In this document: in pieces, positions 47,262-47,516 of the stretch
How the letters are laid out: every line of letters begins with the position of its first letter
How positions within the stretch are numbered: the stretch's first letter is position 1
Source: Malacoraja senta
Lineage: Eukaryota
DNA length: 47,516 nucleotides
Assembly: GCA_038087875.1 (NCBI GenBank)
Contig: JAXLNO010000423.1
Span: 124,001 to 171,516, forward strand
Direction: 5' to 3'
The notes under the pieces: generated by a model
What the model was told of the DNA's origin: nothing
What the model saw: only the letters and a program-made list of their open reading frames with translations
Database searches by the model: none
Position numbers and translations under genes: made by a program

Positions 47262-47380
47262 TATATTTCACATTCACTGCAGACCACAGTTGCGTCAAAA
47301 AACTTATTATAGGGGTGCATCACTCAAAAGATGCTCAGCATATCTTGACGTTTATCTTGTCACTATCTGTCTAATCCATC

Positions 47381-47436
47381 ATATATATATATATATATAA
47401 ATATATATCTATCTATCTATCTATCTATCTATTTAT

Positions 47437-47516
<80 letters not shown>
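47381..47516. repeat. Compound microsatellite (TA)n-(TCTA)n-(TC)n
   Basis: Seen directly in the sequence. Confidence 0.95.

Overview
This is a vertebrate intergenic or intronic window with no supportable host exon. Its HE1-type V-SINEs, HER1-like CR1s and Penelope repeats point to a cartilaginous fish, probably a skate or ray (inference). About 70% is transposon-derived and deeply nested. Two non-autonomous Helitrons on the minus strand (5091-16932 and 24223-35146) act as landing pads. The first holds a CR1 and a tandem Gypsy LTR element. The second holds an L1, which in turn holds an L2 with a near-intact ORF, two non-coding retroposons and an unclassified structured insert; this Helitron itself lies inside a Rex1/Babar LINE inside an HE1 SINE. 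Also present are Penelope fragments with hammerhead-ribozyme motifs, a Vingi LINE 3' end and an IR/DR-type Tc1. The main non-obvious signals are: (1) a 140-bp Vingi-tailed element whose first 54 nt fold into a minimal HDV-like self-cleaving ribozyme; (2) a TATA / Inr / first-exon / GTGAGT-donor cassette carried three times by the Helitrons, each copy followed by a different tandem array; (3) a ~0.9-kb non-coding retroposon family with covarying terminal stem-loops whose 3' end matches Rex1/Babar.
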